This document shows, in pieces, positions 1-13,824 of a stretch of DNA of 64,000 nucleotides (position 1 is the stretch's first letter; every line of letters starts with the position of its first letter). The stretch covers positions 201,376,001-201,440,000 of the forward strand of contig OZ024741.1 in NCBI GenBank assembly GCA_964016885.1, written 5' to 3'. A model generated the notes under the pieces. It worked only from the letters and a program-made list of their open reading frames with translations, was not told the origin of the DNA and ran no database searches. The position numbers and the translations under genes were made by a program. The stretch is from Eledone cirrhosa. Lineage: Eukaryota.

Positions 1-761
1 GGGTGGAGCACTGAATGAGACTGTCTCACCCCACCCTACTTTTGAATGGCGCACCCTCAGATTTAGAAAATAGATGTAATAATAAAGATAACTGCCCTGA
101 AATACGTTTCTTGCTAATTAAACTGCCCATCCCGAACATTCTGGAGCCCACCCACTCATAAATACTAGGTATATACAAACTTATAATATTGGGGATTGTT
201 TGAAAGTTAATATTTAGATATACATATGAAACAAAACCTTATTTTCTTTTATCTATTCGTCTGTTGTTGTAATAAAATTCCTTTGATTCTAGCTGAGGTA
301 AGTTTTAAAACGTAAATTATTACTCCAGTTAATTTTGGGATTAAAGCGATCCCTTTTTCCTTATGTTTATAAAAACAACGGAGAATTATCTACCGACCAT
401 TGTGTAGGGCAGCAATTCACCAGCAACTGTTTATTTGATTAAGTATAACTTTGAAGCATCGTACTGTATACAGTGTACTGTATAGTATTGTATAGGTTAA
501 ACTGAACTTACACCTTCCGACACACATGTCATCCGGAAATACTTCTCTCTTCACTCGTTATATATTAAACCAGTCGCGCGGAAGTCCAAACATTTACCAT
601 CGTTTATTTTCTATATATTATATACCCCTTTTATTCATAGCCTTTATTAGTAGAGAAAGAAGGCATTTTCTTTAGAAACTTGCATTTTGAATTATATGGA
701 TTATAGACAGTACTTCTCTACAGTATTTATTTACTTTTATTTTGACGTATATACGTATATG

Positions 762-844
<83 letters not shown>

Positions 845-884
845 TTATACGTGTATATATATAGAGAGAGATAGATGTATATAT

Positions 885-3800
885 GGTAACATGTAACCCA
901 GTACTACCTGTCTCATGGTCGGGTCGTCGGCGACTAAACCGGCAACCCCACCAAGCTTGCTTGGTGAGGAGGGTGATATTTGGACACCTTGCGGGATGAA
1001 ATACAAAATCTGGCAAAGAGCGGAGGAACTCAGCTGAGTCAAGGACCATCCAAATAGAACTTTTTTTTTTTTTTTTTTTTACCTGGGAGTGAAGGGCCCC
1101 CTTTCTAGGAGAGGGAAACTCTGGAAAAAAAAGCTGCGGCTTTGGAAGCATCCGATGATGTTGACCAGTTCTCCTTTTCGGGAAGTGTTTCCGATGCTCA
1201 GAGAGTGGGACTGGTCGCGTGCAAGGCCTTTCCCCACTTAAAAAACCTTCAAAGCACAGGCATCGCTTGTTCAGGATCTGTTACAGATTCGTGTGGCTGG
1301 CCGTAGCCTAAAAGTGCACCAAACTCTATGATGACAGATGATAAACTTGAGGTCAATGGCAGTAAGGGCTCTGGAACTTATTGTGAAGGCGTCTGGCCCG
1401 GCAGGTGTCCCATGGTACCGCAACGTGGGCCGAGTCATCATCCTACAACTGCAAGGACGTTCAAACCTCTGAATATTGGATGTTGGAATGTAAGAACTTT
1501 ACTGGATTCCCAGTCCAGTAAAACTCGGCCTGAAAGAAGATCTGCCTTAGTGTCGAGGGAACTCGATCGCTATAGCATGGACATCGTTGCTCTTTCAGAA
1601 ACGTGATTGGTAGGTGAGGGTCAATTCAAAGAACAGAAGGGAGGATATACCTTCTATTGGAGTGGTGGAGCAGAGGGTTGTAGGAGAGAGGCAGGGGTCG
1701 CATTTGCAGTCAGGAATGGAATCGTCTCAAAGCTGGAAAATCTTCTTTGTGGATTCAATGATCGGATAATGTCCATGAGAGTCCCTCTGATTTAAAACCG
1801 CTTTGTGACTCTGGGCAGTGTGTACGCACCTACTATGTGTGCCAGTGATGATGAAAAACTAAGTTTCTACATGTCTTTGAGAGAGGTCATCCATGTTATA
1901 CCTTATGCAGACAAGATTGTCATCCTTGATGATTTTAATGCACGTGTTGGTAATGACTGGGAAGCTTGGAGTGTGACGGGCAAGTATGGAGTAGGTAAGT
2001 GCAATAACAATGGCCTACTTCTGTTGCAGATGTGCACTGAGATGGATCTTGTTGTTGGGAACATGCTCTTTCAGCAGAAAGACAAATATAAGACAACTTG
2101 GATGCATCCAGGTTCCAAGATGCATCCAGGTTCCTTATTGACTTCGTTTTAACGAGAAAACGTGATATCAGGGATATCACATTGGTTCGTGTATTGCGAG
2201 GCGCGGAATGTTGGACTGATCATCGTTTGGTGCGCGCCAAGTTTCAATTTGTTGTGAAGCCCAAAGTAAGGGGGAATAAGGTTGCACTTCCAAAACAACT
2301 AAACGTCGCTTGTCTGAAAACAGAGAAAGTCAGAGCTGAGCTGTCGAGGTCCCTTGAGTCCATGGAATGTGAAAACACTTGGGAATCATTGAAGAAAACC
2401 GTCTATGATGTTAGTGCTGGAGTTTTGGGTCATACCAATAGAAATCATAAAGACTGGTTCGATGAAAATGATCCAGTGATCCAGACCTTGATTGAAGAGA
2501 AACAAAAAGTGCTGACATCATTGTTGTGTGAGACACGTTCTAACAGGAGTGACCGGACCTTCAGGCAGATCAAGGCACGTGTGAAACATAGATTGAGAGC
2601 CATGCAGGATACCTGGTGGAGCCAAAAGGCTGATGAAATCCAGAGGGCCTCACATAGACATGATACAAAGCTCCTATACAGTCTGCTCAGGGAGATGTAT
2701 GGTCCGACCGGTTCACAAATATCCCCACTTCGCTCCGGGGACGGCAAAGAATTGCTCAGAGATCCGAAGGAAATCCTGATCAGGTGGCATGACCATTTTG
2801 ATGAGCTTCTCAACAGACCATCTGAAATTGAGGATGAGTTTATCCGGTCGATTCCATCCAGACCTACAAAGCTGGCAATGGCTGATCCTCCTTCATTTGA
2901 TGAGGTGGCGAAGGCCATTGCCAAATTAAACAGCAGCAAGTCACCTGGAATGGATGGACTGAGTGCTGAAATTTTCAAGTGTGCTGGTGATAACTTCTTA
3001 AACCGCCTCACTGATCTCTTTGTGAATGTTTGGAATGAAGATGTGCCACAGGATTGGAAAGATGCACTGATGGTGGTACTTTACAAAGGAAAAGGAGCCA
3101 AAGATAACTGTGGCAACTAGAGGTATTTCACTGCTATCTGTGGCTGGGAAGATCTTGTGCAGGATATTGTTGGACAGATTGATACAGCACATTGCTGTTG
3201 AGGTACTTCCTGAGTCCCAATGTGGCTTTAGGAATGGCAGAGGCACTGTTGACATGATCTTCTCGGCCAAACAACTTCAAGAGAAATGCATTGAGCAGCG
3301 CATGGACTTATACCAAGTTTTTGTTGATCTGACCAAGGCATTTGACACCGTTAATCGGAAGGCTTTGTGGGTTATTTTAGAGAGATTGGGCTGTCCTGAA
3401 AAGTTTGTGAACATTCTGAAACTCTTCAACGATAATGGGTGAATGTTGGAGGTAAACTGTCTGAGCCAATCTCGGTTGAAAATGGTGTCAAGCAGGGTGA
3501 TATACCTGCACTAACTTTGTTTGCCTTGTATTTCGCGATGGTGTTCTTCGTGGCCTTCAACGATTGTCAACACGGTATCTATCTCAGATATCGCACTTCC
3601 GGCAAGCTCACGCCAAGGCGTCTCACTGCCAACACTAAGGTACTGAGTACCTTGATCAGAGAATGTTTATATGCAGATGATTGTGATCTCTTTGCACACT
3701 CCCAGAGTGACATGCAACACCTTATGGATTCTTTTTCCAATGCGTGCAGTGCTTTGGGACTGACAATCAGTCTGAAGAAGACTGTCGTCATGTACCAACC

Positions 3801-4821
3801 TGCTCCGGATAAAGTTTTCAATGAACCCTCCATACAGGTATACAGTCAAAAGCTGAAGGCTGCTGACACATTTGTGTATTTGGGGAGTACTCTGAGTGTG
3901 GCATGCTCTCTGGATGCAGAAGTTGGTCTACGTGTTAGTAAGGCAAGTGAGTCATTTGGAAGGCTCAACGACCGTCTTTGGTGCAGGCAAGGAATCACAA
4001 TGAGGACCAAGGTGAGAGTGTATGCTGCATGTGTACTGTCAGCTTTGCTGTATGCATGTGAGACATGGGTTGCCTACAAACGGCATGTCCACAGACTGGA
4101 ACGGTTTCACCAGCAGTGTCTCAGAAAGATGCTTGGTATCAAGTGGCAGATGCATGTGAGTGATGTTGAGGTCCTTGAGAGAAGTGAGTGTCGGAGCATT
4201 GAGAGTATCATCCACCAACGGCGTTTGCGATGGCCCGGACACCTCTGCAGAATGGATGATGATCGAGTCCCAAAACAACTCTTGTATGGCGAGCTTTGTG
4301 AGGGTAAGAGACGACCTCACAAACCAAAGCTCCGATTCAAGGATTGTGTAAAGGACTCATTGAAAAAAATTGGTTTGATGATGGCTGACTGGGAGATAGA
4401 AGCTCTTGAAAGAGAGACTTGGCGTAGAATGGTGAATGATGGGGTCCATAATTTTGAGGACACACGCATAGAGCACGAGAAGGTCAAACGGGATGTGCGT
4501 AAGCAATGCCCTGGTGTATCTCTCGAAACGATCGGTGTCTCCATTGAACTGAAGTGCCCTGAGTGTGGAAAAATTTGCTTGAGCAAATCTGGTCTCAGGA
4601 GCCACAGTCGCAGCCATGTTCAAAGAGAACCAGTGAACTATGATCTCCACGGTGTTGTGAGGGTTCACGGGCAACCTGATGCGGGACCTCAAGCCAGGGA
4701 GATCCATAGTTGTCGTCAGTATGTGAAGGAGTGAAAGTCTCTAGCAGGCTTGAAAAGCCATATCCGAGCGTCCCACATCTGAATTTGACAAGCGATTGCA
4801 ATACTCTTGGCCGAGTTTGCA

Positions 4822-4828
<7 letters not shown>
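885..4828 (+). mobile_element. Near full-length RTE-clade (BovB-like) LINE, frameshifted/stop-disrupted: APE endonuclease + RT + C-terminal C2H2 zinc finger(s)
   Basis: APE motifs WNVRTL, DIVALSET, SVYAPT, DFNARVG, TDHRLV (ORFs 1328-2250); RT motifs PESQCGFR, FVDLTKAFD, GVKQGD, LYADD (3110-4734); CPECGKICLSKSGLRSHSRSH; RTE-type 5' UTR motif CTAGGAGAGGGAAACTCTG ~1105; flanked by (TA)n. Confidence 0.93.
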
Positions 4829-5120
<292 letters not shown>

Positions 5121-5646
5121 TTTGATAGAGTCATTAAGACATCGGATAGAAATCTTTACGGCATTCGCCCCACCTCATTGCGCGCTCTCAGTTCCAATCC
5201 TGCCAGGAACAACTTTTCCTTTCATCCTTGATAAAAAAAAAAAAGTACCAGTTCAGTACTGGAGTCGATTCTCCTCTATAGAAAAACTCGGCTGTGTTCA
5301 GACCCGGATTGGGCTCCGCCGTTTAAATGTGCCCTAGACACGCCGTGTAACGGTGCCTCTACTACTCCACAAGGAGTTATGCTATCTTTATCCTTCATCT
5401 TTATATATATAGCGAACCTGGTCCCTTACGATTTGAACACATATATGTATATGTCTGTGTTTATCTCTTTTATATTCAAGTATGATATACGACTCGGAAA
5501 AATTTCTTTTCTAGAGCTATTTTGAGTTTGTTTGTTTGTTTGTATGTATGTATGTATGTATGTATGTATGTATGTATGTATGTATGTATGTATGTATGTA
5601 TGTATGTATGTATGTATGTATGTATGTATGTATGTATGTATGTATG

Positions 5647-6277
5647 TTATCTCTTTCTCTTAATTTCGAGTATATTTTTTTGACCGGCCACCTTCCCGAT
5701 GGCAAGGTTGTAAAAGAAAAGAAATTGTCATCCCTTGAATCGCAAGAATGTTTTGCAAATTTTGAAGGTGCCAGCAATCGCAGCCATTTGTAGACTATGA
5801 ATTAGGGAGCTGCGCTCTTTGTCCGCAAATCCAAGTTCAGTCATACTTTGGTCCAAGCGGGTTGGTATATAACCCGTAGCTCTAATAATGATGGGTATGA
5901 AGCTAAAGGTGTATCTTGGATACTGGATTTGTAAACTCCTCATCAATGGTCCGTAGATGTCCTCCTTCTCCTGTATTTTTCTGACAACGTTTACATTAAG
6001 TGGGCAGCTGATCTCCACAACAGAACACGTTTTCAATGTGTGGTCCCAAACAACAATATCAGGCCGGTTGTGCTTTAATTTGGTGGCAATTTTTATTTTC
6101 AGGTTCCACCAGTATTCCTTAGTGCCATCTGTCTCAATATATTCTTCCTCGTTTGTTGTTAATTTTGTTTTCCGAAGTGCGTTCCAGATGGTTCTAGCTA
6201 TCCCATCGTGTCTCATGGGGAGGTAGTAGCGAGATGACATTCTTTCGCAGTTGGCAACAATGTGGCTTACATCCTCG

Positions 6278-6280
<3 letters not shown>
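5647..6280 (-). mobile_element. 3' fragment of an RLE-encoding non-LTR retrotransposon (R4/Dong-like) within (CATA)n
   Basis: ORF 5728-6420: HIVANC..RHD zinc knuckle, HNRPDIVVWD and VVEISCP (PD-(D/E)xK endonuclease); (TATG)n on both sides. Confidence 0.85.
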
Positions 6281-6308
<28 letters not shown>

Positions 6309-6379
6309 TGTATGTACGTATATATTTATACATATATATACACATTGTCGAAAACCTACCAATCATGTAGGAGCTATTA

Positions 6380-6545
6380 ATAGGTGCATTGCCGACTGCT
6401 GAAGACCTGTCCAAAGCCATTGATGGCTTACCTGCTGGGAAGGCACGACATTCCCCCCCCCCCCCGAGGTCATCAGGGGTGCAAAGGGAGTGCTATTTAG
6501 CCACTTGTTGGAACTACAGTGTCAGTGCTGGGAGGACGGCACAGT
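6380..6545 (+). mobile_element. Short LINE fragment (region upstream of RT)
   Basis: PTAEDLSKAIDGLPAGKA resembles the P..E..KAI..L..GKAPG motif of RTE-type ORFs. Confidence 0.45.
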
Positions 6546-7504
6546 CCCATACATATATATATGTGTCTGTGTGTTTGTATATATCTTGAATGTTTCCATA
6601 TCTGTCTGACTTAACCCGTGTCGCAAAAATCGTAAGCGATATTTTCCTGACAGATGTGTGTGTGTGTGTGTGTGTGTAATATTTTTAGAAATATGTTCTG
6701 CCAAAGAGATAAACAACGAGTATGTCAAAATGGTAATTCTTACACTCTCAGCTGCTATTCATGCCTGTTTCATTTCAGTGGAAATATCACTTGTCACGCG
6801 TCATGACATTTGCTTCAGTTTCTTATTAGAAAATACTTATGCAAGCGAGGTAACTGATTTTCAACTGTGTCAAAAAAAAGCTAGTTAGTTTGGACGCGTC
6901 CAGCTACTCATATACAGATGGTGTTTATGTCGTATGTTGTTATTACTCGGATACACACGCACGCACTCAGACACAGACATATGCGTATGGGTTCCTCAGT
7001 ACCGTATTACAACTATCGCTGTAAGGTCTGTTAGACACCTGTTTGTAGGCCCTACTAGTTATATCAGAAACTTAATCTAACTGTTTAGACTGTTAAGTAT
7101 ACATTGATGAAGTTGTGCACATACTATATTATCTTTATTTATATCTCTAATATATTATGCCCGATGTGTGTTAATTCGTTGGTTCGATGTCATGTCTGAC
7201 AACATCTACATAGAGGAAAGAGGGAGAAAAAAGAGAATTAGCATATGGGTTGAAGGAATAGTATACATACAGAGCAAAGTGGCAGATAAAGAAGAGGGAG
7301 GCAAAAGAACGCCATAAACAAGCGCGCAAACATACACATTCACAAACACGAGTAATTGTCGCCTGCTAAACGACAAAACGTAAACATACACATCTTCGTA
7401 AGTTTTAACACTCAAAACCGGACAGTTACATTTCTATTATATACTTATCTTATTATTATTATTATTATTAAAAATAAAGAAATCATTATTGTTATTATTA
7501 TTAT

Positions 7505-8510
7505 CACAGCTCGTCTCCTTGACGGAGCTGCAGTCCTGGATCAGGAAAAGACCGAGGGATAGCGCTTGGAAACTGGAATGTCACCAGGCGCTCACTGCCC
7601 TCTGACAACTGGGCACCAGTATCGGTGGAACATCCACCTCGGCGTTCTATAGAGGACTAGTAGAGGGGAAGAGCGACGACTTTCTCGGAGAGATCTTGGG
7701 CGTCGAAGAAGATCAACTGTTTGCTCTCTTCAGCCCAGGGCCTATGGATAACTTCCAAAAATCCCTGGCCTGGCAGTGCTACCGGGGAGCGCTGCCGGTT
7801 CGAGATAAGCTCTACAGGCACTGAAGTGCCGTCAGCCGAGCCTGTCCGAGATGCACGCACTCGTTCAGTGCCCGAGCATTGCTGACTTGTGGAGCTATGT
7901 CGAACAGTTGCTGTCGCGTGTAGGACAGATCCGGTTATCGACTGAGTCCATTGTGCAGATGGTCTCGCCGTCTTCTTTCGAGGAGGAAGGGCAGGCGGTT
8001 TTCATCTGCCTGGTGGCCATGGCGAAAGAGATTGTGTGGTGGACAAGGTTGAAAGGGGTAAAGACAGACACTTTCCTCTTCGGCGAATCCCTAATTAACT
8101 TTTTCAAGTTTCACTTGAAGAAGAAAATCAGGGTGGAGAGGCAAGTGCTGCTTTCTAGCAAGTTTGTTGAAAGATGGGTGAATGTAGCGAGAATGGTCCG
8201 AGTGAAGGGGCCGCTCTGAATATACGCCTGTAGTTTGAGAAATGGAAAAATTGAGAGAGGTGGCCGTGGTCTTTTGTGTGGTTTTCGCCACGAGTAACCC
8301 TCGGAGGTTTCCCCCCTATTGGGGAATTTTTCATTGTTTCAATTTTCATTTTTATTGTTTATATATATATGTTTCGCTGTCTTTTTTTTTTCTTCTTTTC
8401 TTATATAAATAATAAAAATCTTTACACGCACAAAACCCACATCGTACCGTCCTGTGCCGTCTGTAATGTTTTTCTTGATGTCAGCTCTTGTGGCCAATAA
8501 AGAAATCATT
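7505..8510 (+). mobile_element. 5'-truncated L1/Tx1-like LINE 3' end in (TTA)n
   Basis: LPVRDKLYRH..CPRC...HALVQCP..LW CCHC knuckle typical of L1/Tx1 ORF2 C-termini; T-rich 3' UTR ending AATAAAGAAATC(ATT)n. Confidence 0.65.
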
Positions 8511-8527
8511 ATTATTATTATTATTGT

Positions 8528-10995
8528 TGTTCTTTGAGTCTCAGTCATTGATGTTAGTTAACTGGAAAGTTTGTTGAAATGAATATCAAGCCGCTACCTG
8601 CAGCCTCAGATATTCAGGACGTATCGGAGAGTTCTTGCTGTTCCCAGCAAGCATGCCTTTTGAAGTGTTCCAAAATGCGGGGCTGGACTAATCTTCTTTA
8701 ACCATCCTTGGAAACTCTTTGAGATAGTACCTAGTGCGCCTATGACAATCGGGGCGACCTTGATTTCATGGCAGTTCCAAATCCTTTTTAACTCCCACTT
8801 TAAGTCCTCTCGTGTCACATGGCCAGGCTACATCTACAATCAGGCACGATCTTTTTTCCTTGTCCAAAACCACCAGGTCAGGTCTATTGTGTTCTAGTTT
8901 CTTGTCCATCTGTATCCTAAAATCCCATAGCACCTTCACCTGATCGTTTTCTATCACCGACTCTGGCTTATGCTCATACCACTTCTCAGAATGTGATAAA
9001 TTGTTTAGTTTGCATAGGTGCCAGTGGATCACCCTGCCCATCACATCATGTCTCCAGCCTTTATAGTGAGTCTGGGCTAGGTGTTTACACTCGGATACAA
9101 TGTGAGCCACAGTCTCCTTTCTCTCTCCACAGATCCTGCACAGTGGGCTAGCTTCCTCCTTGTAAATATGGTGTTTCACCCACTTCGTTCTGAGGGCTTG
9201 CTCTTGCGCAGCCATTAGCATTCCTTCTGTAGCTTTTTTAAGGTCTCCTCTTTTTAACCAGTTCCATGTCTGTGGATCTCTAAATTCAGTTTTCCTAAAG
9301 AAGGTGCTAGGAAGGGATTTTTCATGAAGGTTGTTCATCCTCCTTGTTGTTATTTCCTCCTTGGACATCCCCTGGTCTATTGTCTTCTCCTTCAGTACAA
9401 TTTTGAGCATTGGCTCCCTACTGTCAGTCACGTATTTGTGGAGGTTGTTTTTCTCCATCTGACCACACTCCTCTATGCTGATAAAACCTCTTCCACCTTC
9501 ATATCTCTTTAAGTAGAGTCTATCGACATCACTCTTCTTGTGGAACATGTAGATAGTCAATAGCTTCCTAGTCTTCCTATCCATTTCTTTTTGTTCAGCA
9601 ACTTTCCATTTCAGAATTCCCGCACTGTACCTAATAATAGACACAGCTCGGGAATTCTTCTTGATGTCATCTGCTTCCAGAACACTTAAATATTTGTATC
9701 CTTCCTCAGAGTCAATTTCCTTTATCATCTCACCTGTTGGTACCTGGATTCCGTTGCTTCTGCTCAATTTACCTCTCTTCATCACTAGGACTCCACACTT
9801 ATTAATACCAAATTCCATACATATATCATTGCTGAAAATACGGACAGTGTCAACAAGTACATCCAACTCCTTCTCACTCTTCCCAAAGAGTTTAAGATCA
9901 TCCATGAAGAGGAGGTGGTTGATGGTAAGCTCTCCTTTTCCCAACTTGTATTCTGCTCTCACTTTTCACAATATAACGGTCAGGGGTATCAGGGCAAGGA
10001 CAAAGAGCAGAGGGGACAGACTATCTCCCTGGAAGATACCTCTCTTGATCTTCACGCCTCCCAAGGATTCTCCACCCGATGTTAACTCTGTTTCCCAGGA
10101 CTTCATACTTTTGCTCAACAACTGTCTGATGTTATCTGCCACCTTGAAGATCTCTAGGCTTTTGGTTATCCAAGAATGAGGTACTATGTCGAATGCCTTT
10201 TTGTAATCTATCCATCCCATGGCAAGACCAGTGTGCCTCCTCTTGCAATTCCTCATTACCATCTTATCAATAAGTAACTGGTATTTTGTACCACGGGACT
10301 TCTTTCGGCATCCTTTCTGTTCGTCCGGTAGCAAGTTGTTTATGTGGAGGTGATGGTAGATTACCTCAGACACACTGCTTGTTAACAGTTTCCACATTAC
10401 GGACAGACATGTGATAGATCTATAGTTGGTAACATGATTACCCTTGATTCGGTCTTTCATTACCAGAACTGTGGTACCCTTTGTCAACCACTCTGGTACC
10501 TCACCCGACATCAAGCAGTCATTGAACATGGTTGTCAGTTTCGGGTGGAGGGATGTTGTTTTTAATCCAATACCCTTACACACCATCTGGGCCTGGTGAT
10601 TTCCAGTTGGTTAGTTTTTTGTCCTGCCCTTTAAGCGTTTCAACTGTGATACTCAAATCAGGTTGTTGGTGTGCTTGTTCACTAATCTCCTTTTGTACTG
10701 TCTCAATCCACACTGCCTGACCATTATGTTCAACATCCTGCTCCCATATTCCTCTCCAGAATGTCTTAGCCTGTTCCGCCTCAGGGATCACGTCGTTGCC
10801 TCTTTCTTTCCCTTCAAGCTGTCCAAACAACATCTTCTGGTTGTTGTCAAACATGCGGTTCTGTCTATACTGACTGACTCTGTTCTCATACCGCCTAATC
10901 TTTGTACTTTTTGCTACAATGAGTTGCTTTAGTTCCTCTATGATAATATTTAGCTTTTTCCCCCTAGTTTTGTATTTTATTTCCAATCTATCTTT
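8528..10995 (-). mobile_element. R4/Dong-clade non-LTR retrotransposon (RT + RLE), 5'-truncated, frameshifted
   Basis: WKSPGPDG, WIDYKKAFD, GIFQGDSLSPLLF, HLLFMDDLKL, CRIC..ETVAHIVSEC..RHD, NRPDLVVLDK, IVIGALG; 3' end abuts (TAA)n. Confidence 0.92.
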
Positions 10996-10999
10996 GGAC

Positions 11000-11720
11000 A
11001 TTCGTATAAAGACATCAGGGCAGCAAGGAGCTGACCATGGATCCCATACTCCTGCGGAACTTTCCACCGAAGGTCCCGAAGAACGCGTCTTATGCCTTTT
11101 CGAGGTCTACAAAATAAGAATATACTTCTTGGCAATACTCCTACCATTTCTCGAAAAACCTTCCGAATTGTGAATATTTAGTCAGCTGTGCTTCATCCGG
11201 ACAAAAACCGCACTGTTCCTCGGCTAATAACTCGACAATCTCCCTGCATCTCTTTGCCGGACACTGACCATAGACTTTGCCGGGGAGGCTTAACAAGGAG
11301 ATCCCTGTTGTTTGCCTTTTTGAAAATTGAGATTATCTCTCCCGAATGCCATTGCTTAGGTGCCTTTCCAGAGATCCAGGCCACCCACCACACACGATTC
11401 AGCCAGAGGTGTATTTCGTTTTCTCCAGTGGCCTTGCCACATTTAAGCTCTTTAACTGCTCTTGTGACTTCAGCCTTCGAGAGATTAGTCACCGCTCCCA
11501 GATGCACGCGTTCTTGATAGCAGGTGTGGAGGAGGACTTCTTATTACGAAGGCGGATGGTCTGCCAGAACACTTTATTTGCTAATCTGAAGTCGAATTCC
11601 AGCTTAACACCCAAATCCTCCAATGCCTTGACTTTGGATGCCTTTATTGTCTCTACCGCAATTCTTCGTGTCTGCTTGTACCGCAAGTGCAAGAAGGAGA
11701 ATTCATCTACAAGCCAAGAT
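11000..11720 (-). mobile_element. Degenerate RTE (Rex3/Expander-like) LINE internal fragment
   Basis: ANKVFWQTIR, GKATGENEI..WLNRVWWVAWISGKAPKQWHSGEIISIFKK. Confidence 0.7.
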
Positions 11721-12699
11721 TTGTAGGCCTCCTTCTTTGCTCTGGTGGCAAATAGAAAACATCACACTCGTGTATGTATTGGTGTGGATGTGCGCGTGTA
11801 TGAATATATATTTATGGATATATATGTTTATAAGTGTGTGTGTGTTTGTGTGTATTGCCTGCTTTCTCTCTTTCTTTCGCCCCCTCTCTCTCTCTCTCTC
11901 TCTCGCTCCTGAGATATATGTGACATGTTCACAGGGCAAAAAAAGAAAAAAGTTTTTTTTTCTTTTTTTCATAACGAGAAAGCGAAGCTCTCATGTTTAT
12001 TGTATTCAAACATATAGTATATGCAAGAGCAAAGTCATGAGCAAAGATTGTTGGTATATGGCTTTGGAATGCAGATCTTGGGGGGGGGGGGGGGGTTCTC
12101 TCTTTAGGGAAACCTAGAGCTAAGTACTCAAAGTCATAAAAAATGTAGTCGTTTGCGATGTTTCCATGACTTTTGAGGTGTTAAATTTAACGGGAATAAT
12201 ATTGTTGATGTGCCTTAAAAATCGGTTTTCTATTGTCATAATCGTTGTCCAATGCCAAGATATCTAAGTTTATACAGTACACTTAGTTATATATAGATAG
12301 CAAATGTAAGTTCAATCTATAGCTTTAAACTGTAAGAATACTGTAAAATTAGCGAGTATTTCTTTTAATTTTTAGTTCGTGCACTCCTAAAAAGCTATTC
12401 TGTACTATATATAAGTTTTCGATCATCTTGGTTGACTTAGGCTGGTCTTCTGATTCAGGCTGGGTGTATAGGTTGATGTATTACAATCTTTCTCATATTA
12501 AACTAATCCCATATAGACACCTACCATGAAGGGAATATCTTACTCGATTCAATGTATTCTATCATGACAAGATATATTCACATATGTTCAGAGTATTATG
12601 TTTAAGTTATGGTGCACAGATGTTCTTTTTTTTTTCCTCCTCTGGACATATTTACTGTGGTATAGACAGTAGATGTAATAAGCCTGATGAATTTACAGT

Positions 12700-13390
12700 A
12701 GAACAAATGCAGACTGCAGAATTAACATCGAAGATGTAACCCATGTCATAAGCAGCTGTCCAAAGATGTCATCACTATACTATCTACCTATGAAACATGA
12801 TGTAGTGACCAAAACACTATACAATGCAATCCGTAGAAAAGATAGCCCGACAATAGACATATCAAAGTTAGAGCAATGTGGAAGACATACACATATATAA
12901 TATGAAAGAGTACTGGTGGAATGTTCGTCAAATCCCAAAATAAAATGCAAGCATAACAGACCAAATATAGTGATATGGGACAGGGAAAAGAAAGCATGCA
13001 CAGTAGTGGAAGTTAGCTATCCAGAAGATGCCAATGATTAGCGAAAAGGAGAACATTTACGCAGAGCTAGTGAGAATCTGCAGATACTCCACACGGAGAA
13101 TACGTTCATAGATATTTTGAGAAGCTGGGCTTCACAGAACCAGATAAAATACTACTAGAAATTACAAATACAATCCATTAATGGAACAGTAAAAACATGT
13201 AAATATAGATACAAAACATATGCACGTGTACACATATAACTCAAAGCATACACATCCACACATACAATGATATCCATACCTGCACACATGCAGACATATC
13301 TACCTAGCTGATATTGTTTAAATTCTAAAGAAAGAGTCTTGTATCTATGTTAGAAACCGATTCTCTATTGGTAAAAAAATATAAAATAAT
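12700..13390 (+). mobile_element. Degenerate 3' fragment of RLE LINE (same family as 22590-24520)
   Basis: Nucleotide similarity to 23710-24500 (aaatgcagact..agaattaacatcgaagatgt; gcataacagacca; 3' UTR). Confidence 0.8.
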
Positions 13391-13429
13391 GCTTTCTTTA
13401 TTATATTTATTTATTATAAATTATAAAAT

Positions 13430-13618
13430 AATTGTTTCTACTTTTGGCACAAGGCCAGCAATTAGCCAGTGCATTACTGGTACTTTATTTTATCGACCCC
13501 GTAAGGATGAAAGGCAAAATTAACCTCGGCGGGATTTGAACTCAGAATGGCAAGGGCCGTAACTCTATGCGTCAAAGCATGGCGTCCATCCCTCTACCGA
13601 TACTGCCAATCCACTGCC
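13430..13618 (-). mobile_element. tRNA-derived SINE family 1 (central domain resembles the Meta/Sauria-SINE-type core)
   Basis: Reverse complement of the 13638-13824 copy; A box TGGCAGTATCGG, B box GAGTTCAAATCC, core GCCTTTCATCCTTACGGGGTCGATAAAATAAAGTACC. Confidence 0.9.
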
Positions 13619-13637
13619 ATTATAAATTAAAAAACAG

Positions 13638-13824
13638 GGCGGTGGATTGGCAGTATCGGTAGAGGGTCGGACGCCATGCTTTCCAGCATAGTTACGTCCC
13701 TTTACGATCTGAGTTCAAATCCCGCCGAGGTTGACTTTGCCTTTCATCCTTACGGGGTCGATAAAATAAAGTACCAGTAATGCACTGGGTAATTGCTGGC
13801 CTTGTGCCTAAAGTAGAAACAATT
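13638..13824 (+). mobile_element. tRNA-derived SINE family 1, full length
   Basis: A/B boxes plus core. More than 12 copies in the window, e.g. 16085-16200, 16870-17000, 17240-17370, 18100-18310, 19073-19240, 19400-19566, 26590-26725, 54500-54742. Confidence 0.9.

Noticed and set aside
1-155. Possible MITE end at the window edge
   Set aside because: Partner terminus is outside the window; cannot be supported
885-965. Canonical HDV-like ribozyme at the RTE 5' end
   Set aside because: P4-like hairpin, CUAA and a P2-like pairing are present, but I could not form P1/P3 with a proper L3; kept only as an unassigned candidate
672-1151. Many ORFs rich in YI/YV/HT/CV repeats (also 4716-5134, 29476-30266, 55010-55692, 56375-56926 and others)
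   Set aside because: Translations of (TA)n, (CATA)n and (CA)n microsatellites, which lack stops in some frames; not proteins
12684-12700. Isolated CTGATGA matches (also ~18500, ~28993, ~34547 and within LINE ORFs)
   Set aside because: No properly placed GAAA/NUH or stem I; expected by chance
13638-13725. Possible tRNA gene
   Set aside because: A/B boxes belong to a multi-copy SINE head with body, tail and TSDs; no convincing cloverleaf
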